Shown here piece after piece: positions 25,186-38,100 of a stretch of DNA of 64,000 bases. Source of the stretch: Lama glama (lineage: Eukaryota); the NCBI GenBank assembly GCA_028534125.1, contig CM052817.1, positions 21,454,001 through 21,518,000 of the forward strand, read 5' to 3'. Position 1 is the first letter of the stretch, and every line of letters starts with the position of its first letter. The notes under the pieces were generated by a model. That model searched no databases. It saw nothing but the letters and a program-made list of their open reading frames with translations, and was not told the origin of the DNA. The position numbers and the translations under genes were made by a program.

Positions 25186-27639
25186 TCCTCTAAAACTTTT
25201 TATTATTTGGTTCACAGTAATTTCAAAAACATTTGCTAGTAAAAATACTTTTTAAAGAATAATGTAAGAGTAACACAAACCTGACAAAGGCAAGGGTCAC
25301 TATTTGAAAGCACAAAGGTGTATGTACATTGAGCATGTGTGGTTAAATAACATTTTTGCCTTAGGGTATTAGGAAAAACCATCCATACTGCTAGCATTTA
25401 TCTTGAAACAGATTGCATATTGTGATGTAACTGACTGTTTGAGGAACTATGAAATGCCTGTTCAATCTATCCATAGCTACTTGGCATGAAACAAGAAGGT
25501 TTTAACAGGAAAAAAGTACTTCACAAAGGAAATTCACATTGTTTATAATATTCTTACAAAATTGGATTAAACTCTAATACAGACTTTGTCACGGGTTTAA
25601 GGAATACATCATTTCATGGACTAGCATATGGGGAATCTAAGATAACTATAAACCTAGGCTAGCCTATAGCAATCTTGTCAGATACCTGTGGGGTCCTTCT
25701 GTGCCCCCACCATACCCACCCACAGTATAAATTATGAATATAAGGAACTGAAGAATTCTAGTGGCCAGTAAAATCTAAGATGACCTTATTGAATATATTC
25801 ATCCACATTCTTTTATGTCATGGTCAGTTAGGGATAAAATATAACACACAGGATTCACATGCTCTAGTCAAGAAGTCAAAATGTGCAGACTTGAAAAGGC
25901 TGATTTTGAGTGCTAAGGGTAAATGCAAGCTTGTTTTGCATATGTGTGGGTGCAGGTGGTGTGGTAGGCGACTTTGATGTAACTTGATGTTACATATATG
26001 TAAAGGAAATTAAAGAGATCCTTTAAAGTCCTCCTCAGACTGTGATGTGCTTTGGGAAGTGGGATCCAGTATCCAGGATACTGGATGTTACTAGAAGATC
26101 AGAAGAAAAAAGGTGAGGTTGGGGAAGTGTTGGGTTAAGCAGACTGGGTGGTAGATAATTAAAGGAAGGAGCTCTGGCTTCAATGAGAGAGAAATGTACT
26201 TAAAAACAAACATATAACTGAAGAATTCAAGGCTAGAAAGAGAATGAAAACTATAAAACGATATGGGGGGAGTGATTTCTTACTTAAAATTCCTGGAGAA
26301 CAAGCAACATCTGCTAAATTTTCTAACAATCATACTACTTATTCAAAGAAATAATTTCCTGTGCTTATAGCCATGTAAAAGATACCTTAATACTACTTGC
26401 TTAGGCAAAGAGAAATATGCATCTTATGAATAAAGCATAATTTAATTATTGGTATATGAGTTTGAATTCACAGGTGCTGAAGAACTAACTTGAAGACGGA
26501 AAAAAAAGTGCCTATGTCTAATCTTTCACTATATCAATATAGGGCTTCTAGATTAATTTTGTACTTGAATGACCCAGTAAATTGTGACTCAGAATGAAAT
26601 TATAAGAGCTTGGCAAATTGTGGCTCAGAAAGAAAGAAAGAAAAAAGAACGAAATGCTGCTCATAGCATTGGCAAATTATAAGAGATTAATAGCTCAGTG
26701 CAACTTAGAATAAATTAACCGAAATTGTGGCAGAAAGCTAATGTAAATTTCAATAATTTTGAAAAAAGTCTTTATCTTTGCCCTTAATTCATTATGTGGG
26801 GATCAATAAACTTATCTATAGTTTTGTGTATTATTATGAACTGCCACAGATGAAGAATAATACAACATCTAAGCAAAGGAATTACATTTGGGTTGCTACA
26901 GTATTTTCTATGTTGACTTTTTCTGTGTTGACTTGGGAGTGCAGTCACCATGGAATGCAAAAACGTAGATATAAAATATATCACATAAGAGAAATTTGGA
27001 CTTTTGCACTCAAAAGCAATTGAGCGTTACAATTTTGCTTGTGGATTTAGCTATGAAAAGTTATATAGCAAATCATTTAAATTGGTTTTAATCTATTTTG
27101 TACAATATTGTGACCACATGGGTTGTGATCTTAATATGAAGTTGGCGTAGGTAAATTTATGGTTGAATAAACATTCTAGAGCTGGAATTTCTGAGGCTGT
27201 GGATCACCACACTGCTGAAGAAATGGAGCATGCACTGTGATACCTGTCATATGAAACTTGTTCACTGGGACACAGATTTGTACTCTAATTTCTGACCTAA
27301 CAGTTGACACTGTGGTCACATTAACAAAGTATTTGGATACAATGGCATTCTGGATTACTTTTTGCATGTTTTATAGTTAATTGAAATAGTGCTTGTGTGA
27401 TTGTTAAAGATGATCGATTTTTCTTGTTATTCAAGAAACAGTAATGGAAATAGTATGTTGTATGTGATGGCATGTGGTATGTCATATGAAAGAGAAGTGA
27501 GGCTGGAAGCTAGGACAATAAAGGAAAAGTAAAGAGAGAGATCATCAAAGAGGTAGACGATAAAAGTTGTATAAATTGGGGGGGAGGATAATCTTAGACT
27601 TTAGAAAACTGGTAGCATAAAGTAGAAAGCAGTAAGCAG

Positions 27640-28045
27640 TGCATTAGAATGTTCCATATGGCAGTAAAATGGTAGCAACTATGTTCAAAATTGCCTAATG
27701 TCTCAGATACTGTATCACTCATATGATGGTCCTAAACAGACCATCTTTGTCTGCAACTGGTTCTCCTCTATGTGGTAATGCATGGACAACAGGTATTTTC
27801 ATCTTGAATAGAAATCATCCTTTAGAGCTTTGTTATTATCAGTATCCAGACTATAGAAGGGAAAATAATGTGTGAAGGAGTGGCATCTGCTTCTTAAATA
27901 CTTTCTCCAGGAAAAAGCACACCACTGTCCTCAGATTCCAGTGGTAGAATCTGGTGTGTGATCACACCTCACTGCAAGAGAGGCTGGACATGTGACTGAA
28001 AGCTCCAGGACACAACTGGATGGATTACTGGTGAAAGTCAAGCAC
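27640..28045 (-). mobile_element. MLT1 (old MaLR LTR) fragment
   Basis: cacacctcactgcaagagaggctggacatgtg hallmark of MLT1I/J/K-type LTRs; boundaries approximate. Confidence 0.55.
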
Positions 28046-29029
28046 TTTAAGCTGCAGCGACATGAACAGTGCACATGCCTTGAAGATATTACAAGGGTAA
28101 AACTGTGTTGATGAAGATGAGGCATACCTCTACAAATGCAGGACATCTTTCTGATACGAATTTGACAATTTAAGAAATAACACTGATTAGAAACAAGATT
28201 GGATTTGGAGTCTGACTACCTAAGTTCATATCCAGACTACTTAAATCATTGTTCACTTTTATAGGTCTCAGTGCATGAACGTAACAGAAAAGTTTTTCAT
28301 ATCTGAGAGTTGTTTTCCAAATCAAAACATTCATAAATGCCAGTGCTTGTTTTTCTTTAAACAAAAGACTGATATATAATTGGAAAGTCTTAATGAAACT
28401 GAGATTAGTTTAAAAAAGAAAAAAGAAAAAAAGGATTCTTCCTGTCCCTGGAAAACCAGTATCTTCTAAAAAATGGCCCTGAAATAGTCCTGCTTGAAAT
28501 GGATAAATCTGAATCAGTAAAATTTGCCTTATGGTAACATGTTCTCTGAGTGTCAGACGTTTAACCAGTAGCATGTGGAATGATACAGCCTTAAGACCTT
28601 CTCTTTGCCTATTTACCCCTGTGCCCATAATTCAGGTCTTTCTACTATTCCTCATGAATGAAGCCCAGGGCCTTCTGGGGAGTAGCAAGTCCTGGATTTG
28701 GGACAGGGAAGAGGGTGTGCCTGGGACATCCTAATAATCCTGGAAGGCAATGTTGCTCTAACACATTTTTTTTTTAAAGAAATGAATGAGTAAAACTCAA
28801 TCTGAGGAAAGAAATTTGAAATGTGGTGAATTAGCCAGGTCTGAAGTGAAAAATGAGGTTCAATGATACGTGCATGGAATATAAGATCCATTGAGCTCAA
28901 ACTGAGGTCCATGTCAGTTAGAACTCATGCTAATAATTTATGTAAAATGAGATGTATCGTAATATAGAAGTTGCATGTGAAAGTATGTCTGTGTGTTTAG
29001 TATTAAGTAAAGATTGTGAGAACAATGAC

Positions 29030-29364
29030 ACTGTCTGTAACAAAACAGGCTCCAGAACACGTAAAGGTGAGATGAGGGGAGAAGGAGTTTTACTCCATGC
29101 AGCCCCTGGGATTTAGGCTGACTGATCATCTTCGATACATGGCTTCCAAGACTGCCCTAGAGTTCACCTCCATCTCAGTCCATGAGAATGGTAAACAAAT
29201 GATGGAAGAGCACACAGGGGAAGCTTTTAGGATACATTCCAAGCAGTGGTAGATGTGACTTCTCCCATCCCATTGACTGTAACATCGCAAGGGAGGCTGG
29301 AAAATATAGACTGACTTTGTGACCAGGAAGAGGACATCATTAACAGCTAACAACCTCTGCCACA
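29030..29364 (-). mobile_element. MLT1 (H/I/J-type) LTR fragment
   Basis: catggcttccaag...gcaagggaggctggaaaatatag...ccaggaagagg...ctctgccaca terminus. Confidence 0.7.
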
Positions 29365-30584
29365 TAATGATGTGTATAATTGTAATAATGATAATAATAA
29401 TAAAATGCTTATTTGGTTTACACTAGAGAGAAAATTAAATATATGTTATTGCTAATTATGGTATAAAGACATTGAATAATGATTATTTGTGGATTTGGAA
29501 ATAACATTTATGGTTATAACTCCACAGTTAATGTATCCAATTTATGAGGAGTATGAGATGTGAGATAGAGTTTTTTAGGAAAAGAAGGAAAAATTAAAGG
29601 CTTTAAAAAATTAAGCTGTATATTTCAGACTATACTGACCCAAGACGAAGCAATTTCTGAAAGCAAAGTTACATATTTTTTTATCCAACAGACACAGGTT
29701 AATTGTAATGAGAGAATTTCAGATTGGCAGTTTACTGGAGAGCAGACAGTGTCTTGATATGGGAAGAATGAGGGTGCAGGTAGTAGACGGTCGCCAGACT
29801 GAAGGGATGTGGATAGCTCATTAAAATGTGAAAGTATAAACTTGCAAGATCCATTTTACTGAAAACTCTACTGATCTTTCATCCTTGTGTTTTTCTGTTA
29901 TTATTTTATCTTAGAACATGGAAGTTTAGGAAGGAAATACGCTTTAAATAAATACCTGCAGTGTCTACACTTCAACCATGTCTCTCATCATTGCTGCTTT
30001 TACAGTATTTGGGGTTTACAGAATGCCTGGGAACGATGCTTAAATATATGCATCTGATCAATCATGAAAATATATTCCGAAGTATTCTATTCATTCTTTT
30101 TCTTCACATTCTCTGCTCCTCCTTCAGTCTGGCAGCATAATCCCTGGATCCCTGTCAACTAACCCTGTCATAACTTGTTTTCACCTGCACACATTTGTGT
30201 TGATTACTGAGTTCTCCTGTATTCCTAATTAGACTGCAACTGCCTTTAGGGAAAGAAATACATTTCCATGTTAATGGATAGTCCAACTATACAGTAAAAT
30301 ACTGTGACTTCTCAATCATTCCTCTTTATTCTGACTGATTTTTGATAGTTTGTACTGTCATATTATTGACTCAGATTTTGGTGTGATGTCTCTAAAGCTA
30401 TCTCACTTTATTTTATCTGAAAAGTGGGGAAAATATCAATCTCTTGTCCTAATAATATTTACATGTGTTCCTAATAAAATGAAAATGAAGGAAAAATCTA
30501 ATAAAATAAATAATTATAGAAATGAATCATAGTAAATATTATAACTAAAAGTATTTCATCCTGGATACTGTTTTTTGATATCTT

Positions 30585-30692
30585 AATTTTTCTTTTTGTT
30601 TCACTGAAAAGGAAAGATGATGCTCAGTTTTAAACGTTAAAAGTGTACAAGTTGCTTTGTTACAATGCAACTAAATGTGTACACACACACAC
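30585..30692 (+). pseudogene. SET: ~100-bp inserted fragment of SET mRNA 3'UTR
   Basis: ttctttttgtttcactgaaaaggaaagatgatgctcagttttaaacgttaaaagtgtacaagttgctttgttacaatgcaactaaatgtgtacac matches my recollection of the SET 3'UTR up to its proximal poly(A) site; followed by (AC)n. Confidence 0.65.
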
Positions 30693-30709
30693 AATGCTTA
30701 AGATGCTTC

Positions 30710-31600
30710 TCTTTTCCTGAATCCAGCTGGAAGCCTACTAGAAAGGGAGCCCAGGTGATGACTCTGTGAGATCAGCCCCTGGGGTATAGAACAGGATAAA
30801 GGAGAACTGAGAACGAGCACTGAAGAAGCAAATTAAGAATAACAAGCTCAGTACACTCCTTTTGACCATTCAGAACGCATTCTTTCCCTTTGTAAAGACA
30901 TGCTCATTGCTAATCCAAGAAAAACAAACTCTTATCAGCTACCGTATCATTAATGTCAATTAACTCAAATATCTACCTGGAATTAATACTGCAAAATTAG
31001 TCATAGGTAGAAGAAAAGAAGTGGGGAAATCAATTAAAATAAAGTGCAGAGAGCTGCTATAATTCTGGCTTTAGTAATTGGTCTCAAGCCGAAGGTTGAT
31101 TATCATAATTTCCTTCCTCTACTACCAATTCTCTCTTCCCATTACCATCTGCCATGAAATAGAGCTCTTTACCTGAGGAAACAATCTAAACTTTTCTTCT
31201 CAAACTCAACCATTAGTTTTCTTGCTTTTATAAAGAAGTGTTCCTTTGTCTTCCATGATTTTACACGGAACTTCAAAGGAAACTCTCATTACCAAACATA
31301 ATTCCCATTCCCACGCTGCATAGCAACACGTCTTGGCTAATATGTATCAGAATAAAATCTAAAATTCTCCATGGATCTCTGAAGTTCCTGAAAGTCCTGT
31401 GAAACAGAGGCACTAAATGTTCTTTGTTGTGGCTACCTTTTTAAGAGTGTTGATATAGTGAACAACCTTGGAATTTAAAGATAGTATCTTCATTCAAAGT
31501 AAATGGCAAGTTTGCTTGCTGTCTTGGGATGCAAATCACTACACAAAGCACATCTGCCTGGGAACCACTGTTTTGTAACCACGTGTCCCAAATCATGTCT
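30710..31600 (-). mobile_element. Old MaLR/ERVL LTR fragment plus adjacent internal sequence
   Basis: LTR edge ...cagtaca at 30855 followed by ctcctttt (polypurine tract on - strand); ataatttccttcctctactaccaattc...tctttacctg resemble ERVL/MLT1 internal 3' region. Confidence 0.55.
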
Positions 31601-31669
31601 CTAATCATAAGAATCATATTCATCTTGTTCCAAAATGTCCTTTCCATTTTCCTAGCATTATCATCCTAA

Positions 31670-32315
31670 TTTTTCCTTGTTGGTGAATATTTTAATCATA
31701 TGACCAAGTTAGAAACTTCAATGTCATCAGAAATACTGTTCTTTCACCTAACACATTCAATGACTCTCTGCCTTCCCCTCCCATGTCCAATTCTAATTTT
31801 AGTTTCAAAATATTTCTAAAGTCTATATCTTTCCAACCATCAATAAAATTGGCCTACTTTTCGTCTCTGAAATATCTCTGGATTGTTACTCTCACCCCTT
31901 TCCCTAGCTCAATGCTGACAGCTTCAACTCTATCTTTCCCACTTTGTCAGACTGATTATTCCTCTGCTTAATGTTTCCCAGTTGTGAGGTTTTTTGCATG
32001 TTCACTGTGAAATTCTATGCTGTGCAATTACTTGTTTTGATTCTCTACTCTAAGAAAATCCTTCTTCATCTATTGAACTTTCCTACGTTCTTCAAGACTC
32101 AACTCTGGTATCATCTCATATGGAAGTTTTCATAGATCTCCCAGACTGGATAAATTTCCATTATGTGAACAAGTATTCATCTCTTTACATTTTATTGAAC
32201 TTTAAATATTTTGCTAGCAGTCTAAACAGTCTCAACTAGATCACAAGCAATTTATGGTTAAGGAACACAACTTTTTATATTTCTCCAGCTCTCACTACCC
32301 CAAAGTGTTCAGCAT
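31670..32315 (+). mobile_element. L2 3' region relic
   Basis: ccaagttagaaactt...cctacgttcttcaagactcaactc...ctagatcacaagc resemble L2. Confidence 0.55.
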
Positions 32316-33290
32316 CATTTCCTTTACTAGTCATTACATATAAAGTTAAAATAAATTACTGATAATCTAAACCAAGCAATAATTTTTATGATTTGAAGAT
32401 ACTCAAAACCTTCCCAGGAAGATACATAGAATATATAGACTCGTTTTTCCAGTTCCACATCTGGATAGTTCATTTCACAAACAGACTAAATATCTCTAAA
32501 ACAGTTTTAGTGCTTTGTAAACATATGAACAATTGTATTGTTAATATAAAATAGATGCTAAAATGCAGTATTACACATTATAAAAGTGTTGATCTATTTA
32601 GGAATACTTGATTATAAAAATTAAATGTCTTAATGAAAATTAATGTTTATATTTTTACATCTGATAATCATTTTTTTAAAAAATATTGGAATCTGTTATA
32701 TAATGTTACTTGACTAATTACTGATCACAAAAATAGCCTTGTTAACATAGGTCTTGAGAGTATAATGACTTTTATTAAAACAGTATGTATGTAAAGACAC
32801 ATTTGGATGACAAATATTACTTTTGATTATTTACTTTAAGAAAGAACCTTTACAGGATTATTTCAACCAATGAAGAGTAAAATGTATTAACTTAATCATA
32901 AAACTATATCTTGAGTAGGGAATTTATTGTGTGTTTTTAATTATTTTCTAATTATTTTTCTGGAAAAATGATGTATAAATAGTACACAATTCCTTGCTCT
33001 TACGATCAGGCATTACCTTTACGTATTTATCATATGCAAATCTAGTTCTTCTCAGAAAATAACTGGGACTGTTTTTTTAAATAACTCCTAATCTTTAAAA
33101 ATATAGAAAGATTATTTCAGAATTTAATATAAATTGGCGTAATTTAAATGTCAAAATTTTATTTAAATCCAGCAATTCGATACTTTTGCTAAAATGAATC
33201 ATTGTGATAAATAATATATTGCTTGATTTAATTTGATTTTTTTTCTTTTTAATGTGTGGTTCACAGAGTAATTACCTCAAGTCAAAAGTA

Positions 33291-33540
33291 AACATTATAC
33301 ATTTGTCTAAACCCATAGAACGTACAGCATCAAGAGTAAGCCCTAATATAAACTATAGATTTTGAGTGATAATGATGTGTCAGCATAGGTTCATCAGTTG
33401 TAACAATTGTGCCACTCTGGTGGGGGATGTTGATAATGGGAGAGGCTATGCTTATGTGGGAGCAAAGGGCAAATGAGAAAATCTTTACCTTCTCAATTTT
33501 GCTATGAACTTAAACTACTCTTAAAAATATTTTTTTAAAA
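33291..33540 (+). mobile_element. L1MC1/2-type 3' end
   Basis: cattatacatttgtctaaacccatagaa...ctctggtgggggatgttgataatgggagaggctatgc; same family as 8906-9915. Confidence 0.85.
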
Positions 33541-33559
33541 AGGGAATGTGCTAATATAT

Positions 33560-34358
33560 ATATAAAAAAAAACTCTTAAAACTCAATAATAAAATAACAA
33601 GCCAATTTAAAAATGAGCATAAATCTGAATAGACATTTCTCTAAAAAAGGTATGCAAATGAGATTATAAAAAGATACTCAACATTACCAATTATCAGGGA
33701 AATGCAAGTCAAAATCACAATGAGAGACCACTTCACACCAACTAGGATAGCTATAATCAGAAAGACAATAACAAGTTTTGGGGAGGATACAGAGAAACTG
33801 AAACCCTCACAGATTCTGTTGAAAATGTAAAATAATGTAGCCACTTTTGAAGAGTTTGGTATTTCCTCAAAAGTTTAAACACAGAATTTCCATATGACCC
33901 AGAAATTTCACTTGGAGGTATAAACCCAAGAGAAATAAAAATGTATGTCCACACAGCATATTATACATGAATGTTCTTAGCAGTATTATTCATAACAGCC
34001 AAAAGGTAGAAACAACCTATATGCCCATCAACAGATGACTGAATAAATAAACTGTACCAATCCATACAATGGAGTATTTTTCAGCAATAAAATGAAAGGA
34101 TAATTTGATACATGCTACAATATGGATGAACCTTGAAAACATTAGGATAAGTGAAGTGACAGAAAGTAGATCAGTGGTTGCCTAAGGCTGGGGAGAACGA
34201 GGGGGAAACGGGGAATGATTGTTACTAGTGATGATTACACAACTTGGTGAGTATACTAAACTGAATAGACTAAATTGTATACTTTAAATGTGTAAATTGT
34301 ATGGCGAGTGAATTATATTTCAATAAAGCTATGATTAAAAAACAAACAAACAAACAAA
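33560..34358 (+). mobile_element. L1MB-type ORF2 3' end and 3'UTR
   Basis: gaatagacatttctc...atcagggaaatgcaagtcaaaatcacaatgaga...ccatatgacccag...AATAAA 34322-34327 and (AAAC)n tail. Confidence 0.9.
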
Positions 34359-36181
34359 GCAGAGGTTTCCCATGGCCCCATGTCTTTCACTGCTATTGGC
34401 TAAGTCTTACAAGCCGAGGGGTATGATTAATTCATTTTTATTTTCATATTAACGCAAGGTCTGGAAACTCTGAATATTCACAGGAGCTTGAATTTTTTTT
34501 GCCCTTACGCTGACTCACCCCTAATTTCATACACATTTGTGTCTGGTTCTGAGTTCTCTCTGTATCATATTTCAAATGTTCTTTGAATGTAAGTTTCAGA
34601 ACTCTGCACATCTGACAATCTTCAGATCTCCTACTTTGCAGGTGTTCTCTGTCTAGCCAACCCTTCAAAAACAGGGGAACTCCTATCACACACAGGAATC
34701 ATTTCCCCAGATGTCAGCCTCTTACAAAACCTTAAACTCCTACATCCTCTCAGTTGGTCTTACTTGACTGACTCACCAATTTGCTTATAACTTAAAGTAA
34801 TGAGCTAATCTTCCCCTTCTTCTGGCCCCTAGTTATAAAAATCTGTATGCCATTATTTGTACTGTAACCACTTCTGAGTTTTAAAAATAGAAACAACTTG
34901 TATAAAATTATCTACCAGATTTTTTCTCAGAAGAATTTGACATATGCTATCATAATAAAAACAGGATGAGAACAAAGGAAAGGATCTGTATAGGTCTGAA
35001 AGCAAAACAGAAGAAAATCTCACTGGAGCTGGCCATCCAGCTAACAAGTCCCTCCAAGGCTGTAAGTACTCCTGTCTTTTGGCTTACTGATTAAGTATCA
35101 GTAAAACTATGTTGAGTGGCTGTGCCTTCTAATAAAATGATTTTGAGCAAAGCACCCAAAGGAGCCAGAGGAACAATAAGGTTATTCTCATAATAAGATT
35201 AACTATCAAACCTGAAAGCAAAGTTAAAACTCTGAGTTAATACTGAAAAGAATCTTTCCATAAACATTTGTACTGTCTATTGTTCCCTGTGTCCCCACTA
35301 CTTAACTTTTTATAACATGAGGATTATTGACATTATTCTATCATGTCCTAAAGACCCTATCTTTGCCCTTCTGTTTTCTCCTTTGAGCTTTTATCAAGGC
35401 AAATTACAACAATATAAAACAAACGTATGAACATGAATTTAACCAGTTCTTTCTAGTTCATGGCTTCAAATGTCATCCAAGTGAATATCATCTTTGTGTG
35501 ACAATTAAAATCTGCTCTTTGAGAGATTTACAACAACCAATTCTCCCTCTCTTTCTTTTGTTCTCTACTTGCAGAGATGTACACATTAACACTGCATACA
35601 CAACTTGCATTTGGAAATTCAAATGCATTGAAAGTAGTGCCTCTCCTACATACAAGATTAATTTTCCAGCCACTAATATAAAGATATGCCAGAATTCATT
35701 GAAAGAATGAGAGAATAAATCTCAAGTGATATGTTCGAAATAATTTTGTTGCATGGCAGATTATTTTAGACAATGGTTTAGTCAACATCTTCACTTAGTT
35801 AATGCTCATTTAAAGTGTATGCTCAGAAGAACTCATCCCAATTATAGTATTTAATACTGCAGCTTGTACCCTTCCATACTCCTGATCTTTTTTCTACTTG
35901 ACATTTTCTAGAGACTGGCACTTATTATTTTCAAATATATTATATAAATTACTAATTATTGATTTTATGTGTATCATCTTTATCATCTAATTATCTCCTT
36001 TATGGAGACATCTACCTATCCAAAATATAAACTCCATATTCACTAATATATCTCATCGTCTAGAACAGGGATTGATATCTAGAGAATGCTGATGAAATAT
36101 TTGGTTAAATGAAAGATTTCTGAGTTCTGGGTCAAGATGTTTGCTACTGAAACCTAAACAATTCACTTCTGACTTAAACAT

Positions 36182-36906
36182 TGTATTACTTTTCTATGTT
36201 TCAAACAAATAACCCCATATATAGTGGCTTAAAACAATGTATTTGCTAGAGTTGCTGTCAGGGGTCTGAGCACAGATTAGTTACGTCCTCTGATCAGGGA
36301 CTCCATAGGTTGGACTGAGTTCTCATCGGGTGGCTTATCTGGGGAAGAATCTGCTTCTAACTGCATGAAGAATGATGGTCAAGTTAACTTCCTTACAGCA
36401 GTATGTCTGAAGGCTCCCACTTCTTACTGACTGTGGTTAAAGCCTGCTTTCCTGTTCTGGAGGACACCCAGAGTAACCCAACAGATGGCCTTCCCCATTG
36501 ACAGTTTCAATTAAGGTAGTCTGCCCCTTCAAGGCCAGCAAGGAGGATGCCTGACCTCAGGAGAGCCTAGTCCCTCATTAAAGTGCTCTTACCTGTGCAG
36601 TCAGGCCCCCTTAAATAACGTTGCATTTGATTAATTCAAAATTAACTGAGTTGTGATCTTAATTACATATCCATAATCTCTTCAGCTTGCCATATAGCAT
36701 AATCTAATCAATGGAGTAACATCCATTACCTTTGCCATATAACAGACTTCAATCATGGGAATGGCATCCACCATGTTCGCCATATTCTCTCAGCTAAAAG
36801 CCAATCACAAACATCTTGGCCACTCAGGATGGAGGGGATTAAACAAAGATCTGGACATCAGGAGGTAGGAAATCATTGAGGGTAAACTTGGGGTCTGTGT
36901 GCCATG
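36182..36906 (-). mobile_element. MLT1E-type MaLR LTR
   Basis: tgtatta start, agtggcttaaaacaa, ctggggaagaatctgcttc, ttcaaggccagca, tgatcttaattacat, repeated ttgccatata units. Confidence 0.8.
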
Positions 36907-37136
36907 CAAACTAATTAGTGTTTATAAACTGGCTGCAAATTAAGCGATTTGTTCTATGTTAAAAATCTTAAATTTTTGTCACAATACTGTAATTGGGTTT
37001 ATGTAACTGGAAATTTTAGTTCACTCCCTGTCAATACACATCACTAAAAACATATTTATTCAACAATATATTTATTAAATGAAAAAACAATCATTTGTGG
37101 TCTTTTTTTAACTTAAAATTCTCAGGTTTTATTGTC

Positions 37137-37422
37137 TTTTTTTTTAATTGAAGGATAGTTGATGTACAATATTATATAAGTTATAAGTGTACAATATAGT
37201 GATTCAAAATTTGTAACGGTTATACTCTATTTACAGTTATTATACAATATTGGCTGTATTCCCTGTGTTGTATAACATATCCTTGTAGCTTATTTTATAC
37301 ATAATAGTTCGTACCTCTTAACCTCCCACTGCTATATTGATAACACTACTTTGTTCTCTATATCTGGCTCTGCTTCTTTTTTGTTATATTCACCAGTTTG
37401 TTGTATTTTTTAGATCTACTTA
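37137..37422 (-). mobile_element. L1 3' end, laurasiatherian/cetartiodactyl-type
   Basis: T-tract + aattgaaggatagttgatgtacaatattatataagtt...atattggctgtattccctgtgttgtataacatatccttgtagc. Confidence 0.85.
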
Positions 37423-37499
37423 TGGTTTTTGATCCAATTTCTCTGAGTACAAATGTCTTAGGAATCTCTACATACTATGATTATTAGTGATAATTGATT

Positions 37500-38100
37500 C
37501 CTCTCTTTTTTACCTTTTTTCTACGAAATTTTCTGTTTCTATAAGCATTTTATCTATTCCTTCTACTAAGTTTGTTGTTTAGATCATTTTTCAAATGTCT
37601 CCTTGAATTTTGTAGCTTATACTTTAATTTTATTAAGGCCTTTTTTTCTTTCAGTGTATCAAATTTATTAATTTTCTTGATTGATCATTGCATCTTTTTT
37701 ATCTCAAGATACTTTTTTTATTCTTAGTTTGGAAAGACAGTTCCATTCATTTCAGTGTCTCAAAGATTTGGTATTTTTTATTTTTCTGGACTTAATTTGT
37801 GTGGGTGCTTAGACTTAGAAGTCTGTTTTTACTTTATTGCACATTGATAATCATTTTTTCTAGCCTCATTTCTTGAAGGGATCTTATTTTTCCAATGATT
37901 TGCAATGGTATGTATGTCATATATCAAAGTGCCATATATTTGGGGAACTTTTCTGGATTCTCTACTTGTTCTATCTTTTTTTGCTATTCCAGCACCATGT
38001 CACTTAATAAATCTTTGTAGTAAGTTTTTTATATCTGGCAAGGCAATTTTCTACTCATTTTTTATTCTTCAGAAAATTTTGGCTACACTTGGCAATTAAA
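37500..38100 (-). mobile_element. Ancient L1ME-type ORF2 fragment
   Basis: tgatttgcaatg...tgtcatatatcaaagtgccatatat...ttctggattctct. Confidence 0.6.

Noticed and set aside
27175..27240. Possible terminal exon encoding AGISEAVDHHTAEEMEHAL*
   Set aside because: Weak polypyrimidine tract, no recognisable homolog, no partner exons
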